A DNA stretch of 41,538 nucleotides from Octopus bimaculoides. Its lineage: Eukaryota. The DNA lies in the NCBI RefSeq assembly GCF_001194135.2, contig NC_068981.1, positions 162,083,284 through 162,124,821 on the forward strand. Direction: 5' to 3'. Positions 11,426 through 21,625 of the stretch are shown here, piece after piece. The notes under the pieces were generated by a model. The model was not told the origin of the DNA. It saw only the letters and a program-made list of their open reading frames with translations, and made no database searches. A program made the translations under genes and the position numbers. Each line of letters begins with the position of its first letter. The stretch's first letter is position 1.

Positions 11426-11758
11426 AGTGGAAATATACAAAAATAAACATTATTTTCCCTCTTACTTTTTTGCTTCATTTTGAAAAATAAAAATTTATTT
11501 TATGGCTTGTTATTGTTTATATTTTGAATTACATAATCTTTTATAGGGGCACCAAAATCTTTTAAGTGCTTAGGGCCTTGATGGGTCTTAATACGGCCCG
11601 GCTTCTACTCCCACTGATGAGCATGATTGACCTTTTTGTTTAACAGGTTTAAAGGCTTAGTTAAAGGAAGAAAGGAGAAATTCGTCTTCAAGTAATGAAT
11701 GTAGCAAATTAATGGATGAAAAATAAGCTCCTGGTTCATCTTTCAAAAGCTAAATACA

Positions 11759-12110
11759 TGCTTGCTTGCTTGTTTGCTTCATGCTCTTGCTTGGTGGAGT
11801 TGGGGGTCATCATGCATAGAGCCAACCATATTCACCAGTGCTCTCCATTGGTGACTGTCCTGTACCAACCCCTCTGCATCCTACAAAATGAAGTCGAGCC
11901 TCTGGAGATCTTCCTTAATTACGTCCAGCCATCTTGTGTAGGGCCTGCCTTGAGGCTTCTTCCAGCCTGCAACTGTTACATTGAACAAGAGTAAGGCCCT
12001 GGTAGGATGATATGGCAGGAGGCAGAGGACATGTCTATACCAGCACATGCAATGGATAGCTATGAATTGGGAGGCTGTGGGCTGATGTGTGTGCGCACAC
12101 AGTTCTTTGT
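11759..12110 (-). mobile_element. 3' end of a second RTE-like LINE family
   Basis: Minus translation WYRHVLCLLPYHPTRALLLFNVTVAGWKKPQGRPYTRWLDVIKEDLQRLDFIL*DAEGLVQDSHQWRALVNMVGS, followed by a (CAAG)n-like tail at 11759-11779. Confidence 0.8.
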
Positions 12111-12202
12111 TGGAGACATGCTGTTTTATTTTCATTAGAAGTATTTTTCTATGAACAATACTGTGCATTTTGAATTTGATTGTGAAAGGAATACATGCTA
12201 AA

Positions 12203-12277
12203 TATTTTAAATTCCTGAGAATTATTGTTGATAAGAATCTTAAATGGAAACCACATATTGATCTAACATGTAGGTGA
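12203..12277 (+). mobile_element. CR1/L2-group LINE RT fragment
   Basis: YFKFLRIIVDKNLKWKPHIDLTCR resembles the KFLGxxxDxxLxWxxHI motif. Confidence 0.55.
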
Positions 12278-12719
12278 ATACTTACAACTACATGTAGCTT
12301 ATCTCACACAGAAAATTATTTTCCTAGGCATATGCTACACAACTATGCTACACAACATATGCTACACAACATATACACCAGACACATATTAGTTGAATTA
12401 TAAGCTATAATACTGATACTGTTTTATTGTGTGAGTGGAGGGACATCCTAATAAAGAGGAATATTTACAAAGAGGAAATTTGAGATTAGATTTTAGATAA
12501 AATACTTTTGAATAAAACACATTTCTAGCTGTACCAATTGCTTTTGTAGTAATTTTAAAGTTTCCAGACATATATGTACTTGTACAATTCAAATTCTACA
12601 ATAGTTTTTGTCTTGGTGCTTTGTTTAAATATCTGTTGTCTATAGGATTATCAAACAACTAAATGCTCATATATGTATAATGCAAACAATGTTCACCTGA
12701 GTCGTGATCACTAGCAATC

Positions 12720-12864
12720 TGAGGTTGTGTGGTTAATAAGCTTGCTTTCTAGCCATGCAGTTTTGGGTTTAATCACACTGTGTGGCAACTAGGGCAAGTG
12801 CTTTCTAATATAGCCTGGCCAAAGCCTTGTGAGTAGATTTGGCAGATGGAAACTAGAAGCCCAT
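12720..12864 (+). mobile_element. SINE family B head
   Basis: GGTTGTGTGGTTAATAAGCTTGC..GGGCAAGTG..CCAAAGCCTTGTGAGTAGATTTGGCAGATGGAAACT..GAAGCCC. Confidence 0.8.
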
Positions 12865-12915
12865 AATACATATATGCATATAAATATATGTACATGTATA
12901 TATATATACATATGT

Positions 12916-13249
12916 TCTAGCACTTGTGCTGGTGGCACATTAGAAAATCATTCGAGCGAGGTCGTTGCCAGTGCCACTGGACAGGCTCCCATGCAGGTGG
13001 CACGTAAAAAACACCTTTTTGAGCATGGCCGTTGCCAGTACCTTGTGACTGGCCCTCATGCCGGTGGCACGCAAAAGCACCCACTACACTCTTAGAGTGG
13101 TTGGTGTTAGGAAGGGCATCCAGCTGTAGAAACTCTGCCAGATCAGATTGGAGCCTGGTGCAGCCTGCTGGCTTGCCAGTCCTCAGTCAAATCGTCCAAC
13201 CCATGCTAGCATGGAAAGCGGACGTTAAATGATGATGATGATGATAATG
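12916..13249 (+). mobile_element. RTE LINE 3' UTR with (GAT)n tail
   Basis: Same modules and terminus as 10775-11179. Confidence 0.9.
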
Positions 13250-13659
13250 TTATATTNNNNNNNNNNNNNNNNNNNNNNNNNNNNNNNNNNNNNNNNNNNN
13301 NNNNNNNNNNNNNNNNNNNNNNNNNNNNNNNNNNNNNNNNNNNNNNNNNNNNNNNNNNNNNNNNNNNNNNNNNNNNNNNNNNNNNNNNNNNNNNNNNNNN
13401 NNNNNNNNNNNNNNNNNNNNNNNNNNNNNNNNNNNNNNNNNNNNNNNNNNNNNNNNNNNNNNNNNNNNNNNNNNNNNNNNNNNNNNNNNNNNNNNNNNNN
13501 NNNNNNNNNNNNNNNNNNNNNNNNNNNNNNNNNNNNNNNNNNNNNNNNNNNNNNNNNNNNNNNNNNNNNNNNNNNNNNNNNNNNNNNNNNNNNNNNNNNN
13601 NNNNNNNNNNNNNNNNNNNNNNNNNNNNNNNNNTATATTTATACATGCACATATATATA

Positions 13660-14925
13660 TTAGGTTGTCCGGAAAAAGTTCTGAGTGATTTTTAATATGC
13701 AAAATGGGATATAAATAATTGACCTCTCAATAAATTTTATTCAATGAAATAATTTCCATTTATTATTAATGACCTTTGCCTATCTATCAGACAATTTAAA
13801 TATTCCATCAGCATAAAATTTGACTGGTTTCGAAGAAAAAAGTTATCTAGATACATTTTGACTCCATCTGAATTGTTAACTGTTTTTCCTTGCAATGAGT
13901 TCTGTAGAAACAGAAACAAGTAGTAGTCAGATGGTGCAATATCAGGAGAATATGGTGGATGGGGCAAGAGATCCCAACCAAGTTCATGTAACTTAGTTCG
14001 GATAGCTAAAGACACATGTGGTTGGGCATTGTCTTGTTGGAACACTACTTGTTTCCTGTTGCCAATCTCCTGCCTCAATTTGATTTGGGGGGTTCAAAGT
14101 AGCCAGACGACAACAGTAGACATCAGAATTAATGGTCTGATTTTGTGAGAGAAGCTCATAATATATAATGCCTTTATGGTCCCACCAAACACAAAGCGTA
14201 GCTTCTTTTGACATGGCTATTCATCTTTGGCTGCTGTTTTGGGAGATCCTTACACAAACCCCAGGATCTTTTTCACACTACATTTTTGTACACAATCCAT
14301 TTCTCATCTCCAGTCATAAGTTGTTTGAAAAAAGGCATACTTTCATTCCATTTCCAAGCATATCAGGAATGGAATACTGGTCCAAGCAATTTTTTTCTGT
14401 GAGTTTGTATGAGACCCATACATTATAGCGAGAAATATGTCCTAGCTTCACCAGGTGTTCATAAGCCATACTTTTAGAAACTTCCAGCTTCTCTGCAAGT
14501 TCTCTAGTCATGATATTTGAGTTTTCTTCAATTTTTGCCTTCAAAACATCTTCAGCCAATTTTGAAGGTCTTCCACTGTGACTGTCATTTTCCAAGCTAA
14601 ACTCTCCAGTTTTAAATTTTGCAAACCACCTTCGAACAGCTGAGTCACCTACAGCATCATCACCATAAACTTCACAAATGTTTTTGCAAGTTTTTGTAGC
14701 ATTTTCTCCTTTTCAAAAAAAGAAAAGCATTAAAATGCGAATATGAAATTCTTGATTATTCATTTCAAATGTCAATAAAGGGTAACGAGAAAGAAAGATA
14801 AATCTATTTTTAATCAGGAACAAATAATAGATGCACTACCACTTCAAGCAATGCCAATGTTTTAACTGCATTATGTTACAGGTGTGTTCAATGGAGTATT
14901 AAAAGATTTAGCTTAAAAATGTTTA
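13660..14925 (-). mobile_element. Near full-length mariner DNA transposon (mellifera-subfamily-like); 5' TIR probably in the gap
   Basis: TA followed by TIR-like TTAGGTTGTCCGGAAAAAGTTCTGAGTGATTT at 13660, within a (TA)n tract. Contains a complete transposase relic. The sequence runs into N about 160 bp upstream of the ATG. Confidence 0.9.
13737..14763 (-). pseudogene. Mariner transposase pseudogene (DD34D)
   Basis: MNNQEFHIRILMLFFF*KGENATKTCKNICEVYGDDAV..WFAKFKTGEFSLEND..SGRPS..WVSYKL..MTGDEKW (14297-14317)..LCVWWDHKG..QDNAQPH-(34 aa)-YSPDIAPSDY. At least 3 frameshifts and 2 in-frame TGA stops. Confidence 0.93.
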
Positions 14926-15875
14926 NNNNNNNNNNNNNNNNNNNNNNNNNNNNNNNNNNNNNNNNNNNNNNNNNNNNNNNNNNNNNNNNNNNNNNNNNNN
15001 NNNNNNNNNNNNNNNNNNNNNNNNNNNNNNNNNNNNNNNNNNNNNNNNNNNNNNNNNNNNNNNNNNNNNNNNNNNNNNNNNNNNNNNNNNNNNNNNNNNN
15101 NNNNNNNNNNNNNNNNNNNNNNNNNNNNNNNNNNNNNNNNNNNNNNNNNNNNNNNNNNNNNNNNNNNNNNNNNNNNNNNNNNNNNNNNNNNNNNNNNNNN
15201 NNNNNNNNNNNNNNNNNNNNNNNNNNNNNNNNNNNNNNNNNNNNNNNNNNNNNNNNNNNNNNNNNNNNNNNNNNNNNNNNNNNNNNNNNNNNNNNNNNNN
15301 NNNNNNNNNNNNNNNNNNNNNNNNNNNNNNNNNNNNNNNNNNNNNNNNNNNNNNNNNNNNNNNNNNNNNNNNNNNNNNNNNNNNNNNNNNNNNNNNNNNN
15401 NNNNNNNNNNNNNNNNNNNNNNNNNNNNNNNNNNNNNNNNNNNNNNNNNNNNNNNNNNNNNNNNNNNNNNNNNNNNNNNNNNNNNNNNNNNNNNNNNNNN
15501 NNNNNNNNNNNNNNNNNNNNNNNNNNNNNNNNNNNNNNNNNNNNNNNNNNNNNNNNNNNNNNNNNNNNNNNNNNNNNNNNNNNNNNNNNNNNNNNNNNNN
15601 NNNNNNNNNNNNNNNNNNNNNNNNNNNNNNNNNNNNNNNNNNNNNNNNNNNNNNNNNNNNNNNNNNNNNNNNNNNNNNNNNNNNNNNNNNNNNNNNNNNN
15701 NNNNNNNNNNNNNNNNNNNNNNNNNNNNNNNNNNNNNNNNNNNNNNNNNNNNNNNNNNNNNNNNNNNNNNNNNNNNNNNNNNNNNNNNNNNNNNNNNNNN
15801 NNNNNNNNNNNNNNNNNNNNNNNNNNNNNNNNNNNNNNNNNNNNNNNNNNNNNNNNNNNNNNNNNNNNNNNNNNN

Positions 15876-16028
15876 CAGTTTCTGTATACCAAATCCACTC
15901 ACAAGGCTTTGGTTGGCCTGACACTATAGTAGAAGACTAGAAAACACTTGCCCAAGGTGCCATGCAGTGGGACTGAACACAGAACCATGTCGTTGGTAAG
16001 CAAGCTACTTATAACACAGCCACTCTTG
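15876..16028 (-). mobile_element. SINE family B head
   Basis: Reverse complement of the B consensus, including box-A-like TGGCTGTGTT and box-B-like GGTTCTGTGTTCAGTCCC. Confidence 0.85.
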
Positions 16029-16294
16029 TGTCTATGGTATAGACACATATATAAACATACATATATATAAATATATATGCGTATATATGCATACACACAT
16101 ACATACACATACATAGATATATGTATACACACACACACTCACAAACACATACGCACACACGTGTATACATATAACAAAAATACTCTGAATTTCTCGCAAT
16201 TCTTCTAAATGATATTTGGATCTACTTGTAATACATGAGGCATTGCTTTGGATGTGTATTCTACTTGCATTTATTGATGTCTGATTATTGGATA

Positions 16295-16359
16295 CCATAG
16301 CCTCAGGCTAACAAAGCCTTATAAGTGGAATTGGTAGACAGAAACTGAAAGAAGCCTGT

Positions 16360-16405
<46 letters not shown>

Positions 16406-16594
16406 AGTATTTGTCCCCCACTACTGCTTGACAACCGGTGTTGATGTATATATGTCTCTGTTCAGCAAAAGAGGACCAATAGAATAGGTGCCTGACTTTA
16501 AAAGAATAAGTACTGGCACCAATGCATTCAACTAAAATTCTTGAAGCTGGTGCCCCTGTACAGCCGCAATGTAAATAAATGAAAAAATAAAAGA
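16295..16594 (+). mobile_element. 5'-truncated SINE B/C with internal (TA)n
   Basis: B 3' part (GGTAGACAGAAACTGAAAGAAGCC), then (TA)n, then the C segment (TTTGTCCCCC..AGAATAAGT..GGTGCCCC..GCCGCA). Confidence 0.8.
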
Positions 16595-16596
16595 TA

Positions 16597-16720
16597 GCAT
16601 AAAGAAGTGCCTAGCTCTAATTGTGGAGGGAACCTGTGGAAGGGGAAGACCTAGGAAGACATGGGGTGAAGTGGTAAGGAAAAATCTACAGATGCTAGTC
16701 CTCACTGAGGAAAAGATAAA
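16597..16720 (+). mobile_element. RTE ORF2 C-terminal fragment
   Basis: IKKCLALIVEGTCGRGRPRKTWGEVVRKNLQMLVLTEE. Confidence 0.85.
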
Positions 16721-16736
16721 GCTTCTTTCAGTTTCC

Positions 16737-17207
16737 TATTTCATTATTGCCCACAAGGAGCTAAACATAGAGGGGACAAACAAGGACAGACAAAGTGATT
16801 AAGTCGATTACATCGACCCCAGTGAGTAACTGGTACTTAATTTATCGACCCCGAAAGGATGAAAGGCAAAGTCGACCTCGGCAGAATTTGAACGCAGAAC
16901 GTTACGGCAGACAAAATACCTATTTCTTTACTGCCCACAAGGGGCTGCACACAGAGGGGACAAACAAGAATAGACAAACGGATTAAGTCGATTATATCGA
17001 CCCCAGTGCGTAACTGGTACTTAATTTATCGACCCCGAAAGGATGAAAGGCAAAGTCGACCTCAGCGGAATTTGAACTCAGAACGCAGTGGCAGACGAAA
17101 TACCGCTAAGCAGTTCGCCCGGTGTGCTAACATTTCTGCCAGCTCGCCGCAGACAAAATACCGCTAAGCATTTTGCCCTGCATGCTAACGTTTCTGCCAG
17201 CTGCCAG
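16737..17207 (-). mobile_element. SINE family E, outer copy, split by the inner copy
   Basis: Body at 16737-16920 and head at 17163-17205; flanked by a 16-bp TSD with one mismatch. Confidence 0.85.
16921..17150 (-). mobile_element. SINE family E, inner full-length copy
   Basis: Complete head-to-tail copy; TSD AGACAAAATACC at 16909-16920 and 17151-17162. Confidence 0.9.
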
Positions 17208-17369
17208 GCTACTTTCAGTTTCCATCTACTAAATTCACTCACAAGTCTATGGTTAGCCTAGGGCTCTAGCAAAAGACACTTGCCCAAGTTGTCATACAGT
17301 GAGACTGAAACAGAAACCATGTGGTTGGTAAGCATACACACCAACCACACAACCATGTACATAAAAAGT

Positions 17370-17870
17370 GCTGGTACTGGTGCTGGTGCCACATAAAAAG
17401 CACCCAGTCCACACTGTAAAGTATTTGGCATTTGGAAGGACATCCAGCTGTAAAAACCATCCATGCCAAAACTAACCTCACCTGTACTGGTGTCACATAA
17501 AAAGTACCCAGTACACTCTGTAAAGTGGTTGGCATTAGGAAGGGCATCCAGCTGTAAAATCCATGCCAAAACTGACCTCACCTGTACTGGTGTCACATAA
17601 AAAGTACCCAGTACACACTGTAAAGTGGTTGGCATTAGGAAGGGCATTCAGCTGTAGAAGCCATGCCAAAACTGACCTTGCCTGTGCTGGTGCAACATAA
17701 AAAGCACCCAGTACACACTGTAAAGTGGTTGGTATTAGGAAGGGAATCCAGCTGTAGAAATCATGCCAGAACAGACAATGGAGCTCAGTGTGACCTCTAC
17801 CCTTGCCAGCGCTGGTCAAATTATCCAACTCATGGCAGCATGGAAAATGGACATTAAATGATGATGATGA
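17370..17870 (+). mobile_element. RTE 3' UTR containing four tandem 100-bp units, with (GAT)n tail
   Basis: CCATGCCAAA recurs at 17461, 17561, 17661 and (as TCATGCCAGA) 17761; the terminus is GGACATTAAATGATGATGATGA. Confidence 0.88.
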
Positions 17871-17880
17871 AGATATATAT

Positions 17881-18200
17881 CATCATCATCATCATTGTTT
17901 AATGTCTGCCTTCTTTGCAGGTATGGGTTGGACAGTTTGACAGGAGCTGACCAGGTAGAGGTCTACCCCAGGCTACTGAGTCTGTTTTAGCATAATTTTT
18001 ATGGCTGGATACCCTTCCTAATTAATGTCAACCCTCCACAGAGTGGACTGAGTGCTTTTTATGTGGCACCAGCAAAGGCGAGGTCAGCTTTAGCATGGTT
18101 TTTACAGCTGGAAGCTCTTCCAAATGCCAACCACTTTACAGTGTGAACTGGGTGCTTTTTACATGACACCAGCACCAGCTGGGTCACCAAGTAACTTGCA
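17881..18200 (-). mobile_element. RTE 3' UTR, inverted relative to the preceding copy
   Basis: (CAT)n-TGTTTAATGTC..GGGTTGGACAGTTTGAC.. is the reverse complement of the terminus; two internal units. Confidence 0.85.
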
Positions 18201-18291
18201 AGACAATGAATTTTGAAAGGAGTGGGAGCATTGAAAGAGAGAATCTTGTGCCAGATGATGAAAGGTTAGAGTGAGACAGAGACAGAGAGGC

Positions 18292-18592
18292 AGAAACAGG
18301 TATCTTGCTACAGAGGAAATACATGGTTACCCAGCCAGAGAGAAAGAGAGAGGGAGGAAGGAAGAGAGAGAAGGAGGGAGAGAGAAAGGGAAAGAGAGGG
18401 AAAGTGGGAAGAGAGGTAACGAGAAAGTGAACAGAAACAGATGTGTTGATGTGCTGATGTAAAGGAGATACTTGGTTACCTAGCCAGAGGGAAAGGCAAG
18501 AGATGGAGAGAGACAGAGAAAGAGTGATCAAGGATGAGAGTAGAAACCGGTATGCTGCTGTAGAGGAGATACATGACTACCCAGCCAGAGAG
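18292..18592. repeat. About 50-bp motif, 3 copies, separated by purine-rich spacers
   Basis: AGAAAC(A/C)GGTAT..AGAGGAGATACATGGTTACCCAGCCAGAGAG-like copies at about 18292, 18432 and 18542. Confidence 0.7.
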
Positions 18593-18804
18593 AAGAGCAA
18601 GGGAAAGAGAGAGAGTGGGGGGGGGGAGAATGGGAAACAGCAAAAGTGCAGGAGAGAGATGGTGGTGAAGTGCTAGGGTATACTCACAATGGGCTAGTAG
18701 AGTAAGGAAGATAGAGATAAATAGGGGCAACTGCCAGGACATGTACTCAAGATACAGAGATTACAATATACACAGCCAGGTATTGCCAAGAAGGCACATG
18801 TAAG

Positions 18805-18962
18805 GACTGGGGAATAAGAGCCAGGTCATCAGCATATAGCAGTTTTCTTGAGCATCCAGTTTTGAATTCCTCTGTTATGGCCTGGAAAACTATGATGAAT
18901 AAGAGTGGACAAAGAACTGATCGTTGGTGAGCCCCAATTCGTACACTAAATTCATCACCGTA
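18805..18962 (-). mobile_element. RTE reverse transcriptase core fragment (YADD)
   Basis: YGDEFSVRIGAHQRSVLCPLLFIIVFQAITEEFKTGCSRKLLYADDLALI; YADD at 18825-18836. Confidence 0.88.
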
Positions 18963-19072
18963 TTATTTGGTCAAAAGTGAAAACAGAAGCTAAGTTTTTT
19001 TTTAATCTTAATCGTATTTTATTCAAGTGCAACCCATTGAATGCTTCTCCTTACAGCATCTCACCCACCTAA

Positions 19073-19380
19073 TTTCTTATATGTTTACATGATAATATGT
19101 AGCTTAGAATAGTATGATTTCTTACATGTTTATATGATAGTACATAGCTTAAACTAGTACGATTTCTTATAGGTTTATATGATAATATATAGCTTAGAGT
19201 AGTACGACTTCTTATAGGTTTATATGATAATATATAGCTTAGAATAGTACGATTTCTTATATGTTTATATGATAATATATAGCTTAGTGTAGTACGATTT
19301 CTTATAGGTTAATATGATAATATATAGCTTAGAATAGTACGATTTCTTATATGTTTATATGATAATATGTAGCCTAGAAT
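19073..19380. repeat. 45-bp minisatellite, about 6.8 copies
   Basis: Unit A(T/G)GTTTATATGATAATATATAGCTTAGAATAGTACGATTTCTTAT, starting at 19081, 19126, 19171, 19216, 19261, 19306 and 19351. Confidence 0.95.
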
Positions 19381-19386
19381 ACACAC

Positions 19387-19429
<43 letters not shown>

Positions 19430-19819
19430 TGTAATTATGTATGTATGTATGTATGTATGTATATAACTACAATATTCAAACAGACTTGAAGATTGGTTAT
19501 TAAAAACCATAAGTAGTGATTTCTACAGAATCAGTTTTGAATAAAATGTTGTTCCACTCTACTTAGCAATACTGGGTAGCTTACAGTTAATTATGAACAG
19601 CAGTCACTGTTTTTAGCCATTTGCATATCAGTGTATTGACGAGAGATGCATATTTATTAACTAAAGTACTGAGACAGTACATTTATGTATAAGTTTTGAA
19701 TAAATCTGAATGTGTGTGTTTAACAAATAATAATATATTTAGCTTTACTGAGCAAACAGACACTCTGGCTAAATCACAAAGTTTGGAGAAGAATAAACTG
19801 AAGAATGATTACTATACAT

Positions 19820-20207
19820 GTAAATTAATGTACAACTTACCCACAGAAACACTACCTTTAGGCCTCCATGCAATACGTCCCCTACAAAGGTCAAGATCAC
19901 ATCACATAAGAACATTGCAGCACAATTTCTTCACTGCAAATGGTCCTGCTCTCTCCAATGTTATCCCAAAAGAAATTTAAGTTGAAAAAGACCCCACAAC
20001 TTTCAAGCATGACCTGGAAAAATTCCTCCAGGAAATACCAGATAAACCACCTACACCTGGATACATCTCAACCAACAACAACTCCCTGCTTGAGTGGTCT
20101 ATGGTGTCCTGAAATAATTAACTAAAACACTTTTCCAGGTGGTGCTATTGTGTTAGTCATGGCCTGGGTCGATAATGGCTGAAATCAATCTAAGTTATCT
20201 AAGTTAT
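19820..20207 (+). mobile_element. 3' end of a CR1/L2-group LINE (ORF2 C-terminus, 3' UTR, short tandem tail)
   Basis: IRTLQHNFFTANGPALSNVIPKEI*VEKDPTTFKHDLEKFLQEIPDKPPTPGYISTNNNSLLEW, stop at 20110-20112, tail (ATCTAAGTT)x2. Confidence 0.8.
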
Positions 20208-20544
20208 ATGTAATATTTGGGGCTTATGGCTATATGCCGATTAGTGTGTTAATGTGTTGAGTAAAGCACTGGCATGGTTTGGGCTACTTGGTATCATCTA
20301 CAGCTGGGGTATATTTCCATTGGATTTATTTGCCTAACTCAATGGACAAATAACAACATGACAGCCTGAACTCAAGATCTTGACACCACTTTATGTATGG
20401 ATGTACCTGATATGACCCAGACTGCAAAATGGATGCAACACAACATTGTGCACAGGGTCCTACCCATAAAGGACAATAGCAGGATGGGTCAAACCAATCA
20501 TCATACAAAATAAAGACTAATACCAAACCCATCTTCTGGTTACT

Positions 20545-20598
20545 AAATCAATTCTTCTTCTTCTTCTTCTTATTATTATTATTATTATTATCATTATT

Positions 20599-20633
<35 letters not shown>

Positions 20634-20703
20634 CATCATCATTACTATTACTATTACTACTACTATTATTATTATTATTAATATCATTATTATTATTATT
20701 ATT
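20545..20703. repeat. Compound (TTC)(TTA)(TCA)(TTA) microsatellite
   Basis: Direct reading. Confidence 0.95.
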
Positions 20704-21578
20704 GTTCAGTAGTTTTATTTTTATAATGTGCTTTCACTTCACTACCGAGCNNNNNNNNNNNNNNNNNNNNNNNNNNNNNNNNNNNNNNNNNNNNNNNNNN
20801 NNNNNNNNNNNNNNNNNNNNNNNNNNNNNNNNNNNNNNNNNNNNNNNNNNNNNNNNNNNNNNNNNNNNNNNNNNNNNNNNNNNNNNNNNNNNNNNNNNNN
20901 NNNNNNNNNNNNNNNNNNNNNNNNNNNNNNNNNNNNNNNNNNNNNNNNNNNNNNNNNNNNNNNNNNNNNNNNNNNNNNNNNNNNNNNNNNNNNNNNNNNN
21001 NNNNNNNNNNNNNNNNNNNNNNNNNNNNNNNNNNNNNNNNNNNNNNNNNNNNNNNNNNNNNNNNNNNNNNNNNNNNNNNNNNNNNNNNNNNNNNNNNNNN
21101 NNNNNNNNNNNNNNNNNNNNNNNNNNNNNNNNNNNNNNNNNNNNNNNNNNNNNNNNNNNNNNNNNNNNNNNNNNNNNNNNNNNNNNNNNNNNNNNNNNNN
21201 NNNNNNNNNNNNNNNNNNNNNNNNNNNNNNNNNNNNNNNNNNNNNNNNNNNNNNNNNNNNNNNNNNNNNNNNNNNNNNNNNNNNNNNNNNNNNNNNNNNN
21301 NNNNNNNNNNNNNNNNNNNNNNNNNNNNNNNNNNNNACAGTTACTTGTTATGTTTCTTTTCATTATATGTTTTTGGTAATTTCTGGTGGGAAGGCTTTGG
21401 TCTTGTGCTGCAATTAAAAATCCTTCAGTCTCTGCTTTGAGTCCTGAGCTTCTTAACCATTGCTGGGATTTTTCTCTGTCTATTTCTTTTGCATTTAGTT
21501 TAGCCCAGTATTTACCATGTGGGGGCTTTTCTTGCCATCGTTTTATCATGGTCCATTGCTGTTCTAGTTTTAGTTTGG

Positions 21579-21579
<1 letters not shown>
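20704..21579 (-). mobile_element. 5'-truncated R4/Dong-clade non-LTR retrotransposon, middle part in gap
   Basis: MIKRWQEKPPHGKYWAKLNAKEIDREKSQQWLRSSGLKAETEGFLIAAQDQSLPTRNYQKHIMKRNITSNC, the conserved segment just before the CCHC knuckle. (TTA)n tracts lie on both sides. Confidence 0.82.
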
Positions 21580-21623
<44 letters not shown>

Positions 21624-21625
21624 CT

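Larger units (their letters stand above)
16721..17355 (-). mobile_element. SINE family B head, host of a nested E insertion
   Basis: B sequence at 17208-17355. Its GCT(T/A)CTTTCAGTTTCC segment is duplicated at 16721-16736 and 17208-17223. Confidence 0.8.

Noticed and set aside
11480-11600. CTTAATACGGCCCGG as an hAT-MITE terminal repeat
   Set aside because: Only one degraded end is visible; no partner TIR or 8-bp TSD.
17381-17770. CRISPR-like regular array
   Set aside because: Whole 100-bp units are repeated with no unique spacers, inside an RTE 3' UTR of a eukaryote. The same applies to the 45-bp array at 19073.
20290-20520. LTPLYV..PRL..PTHKGQ as a CR1-like RT thumb fragment
   Set aside because: It needs several frameshifts and the similarity is too weak to call by eye.
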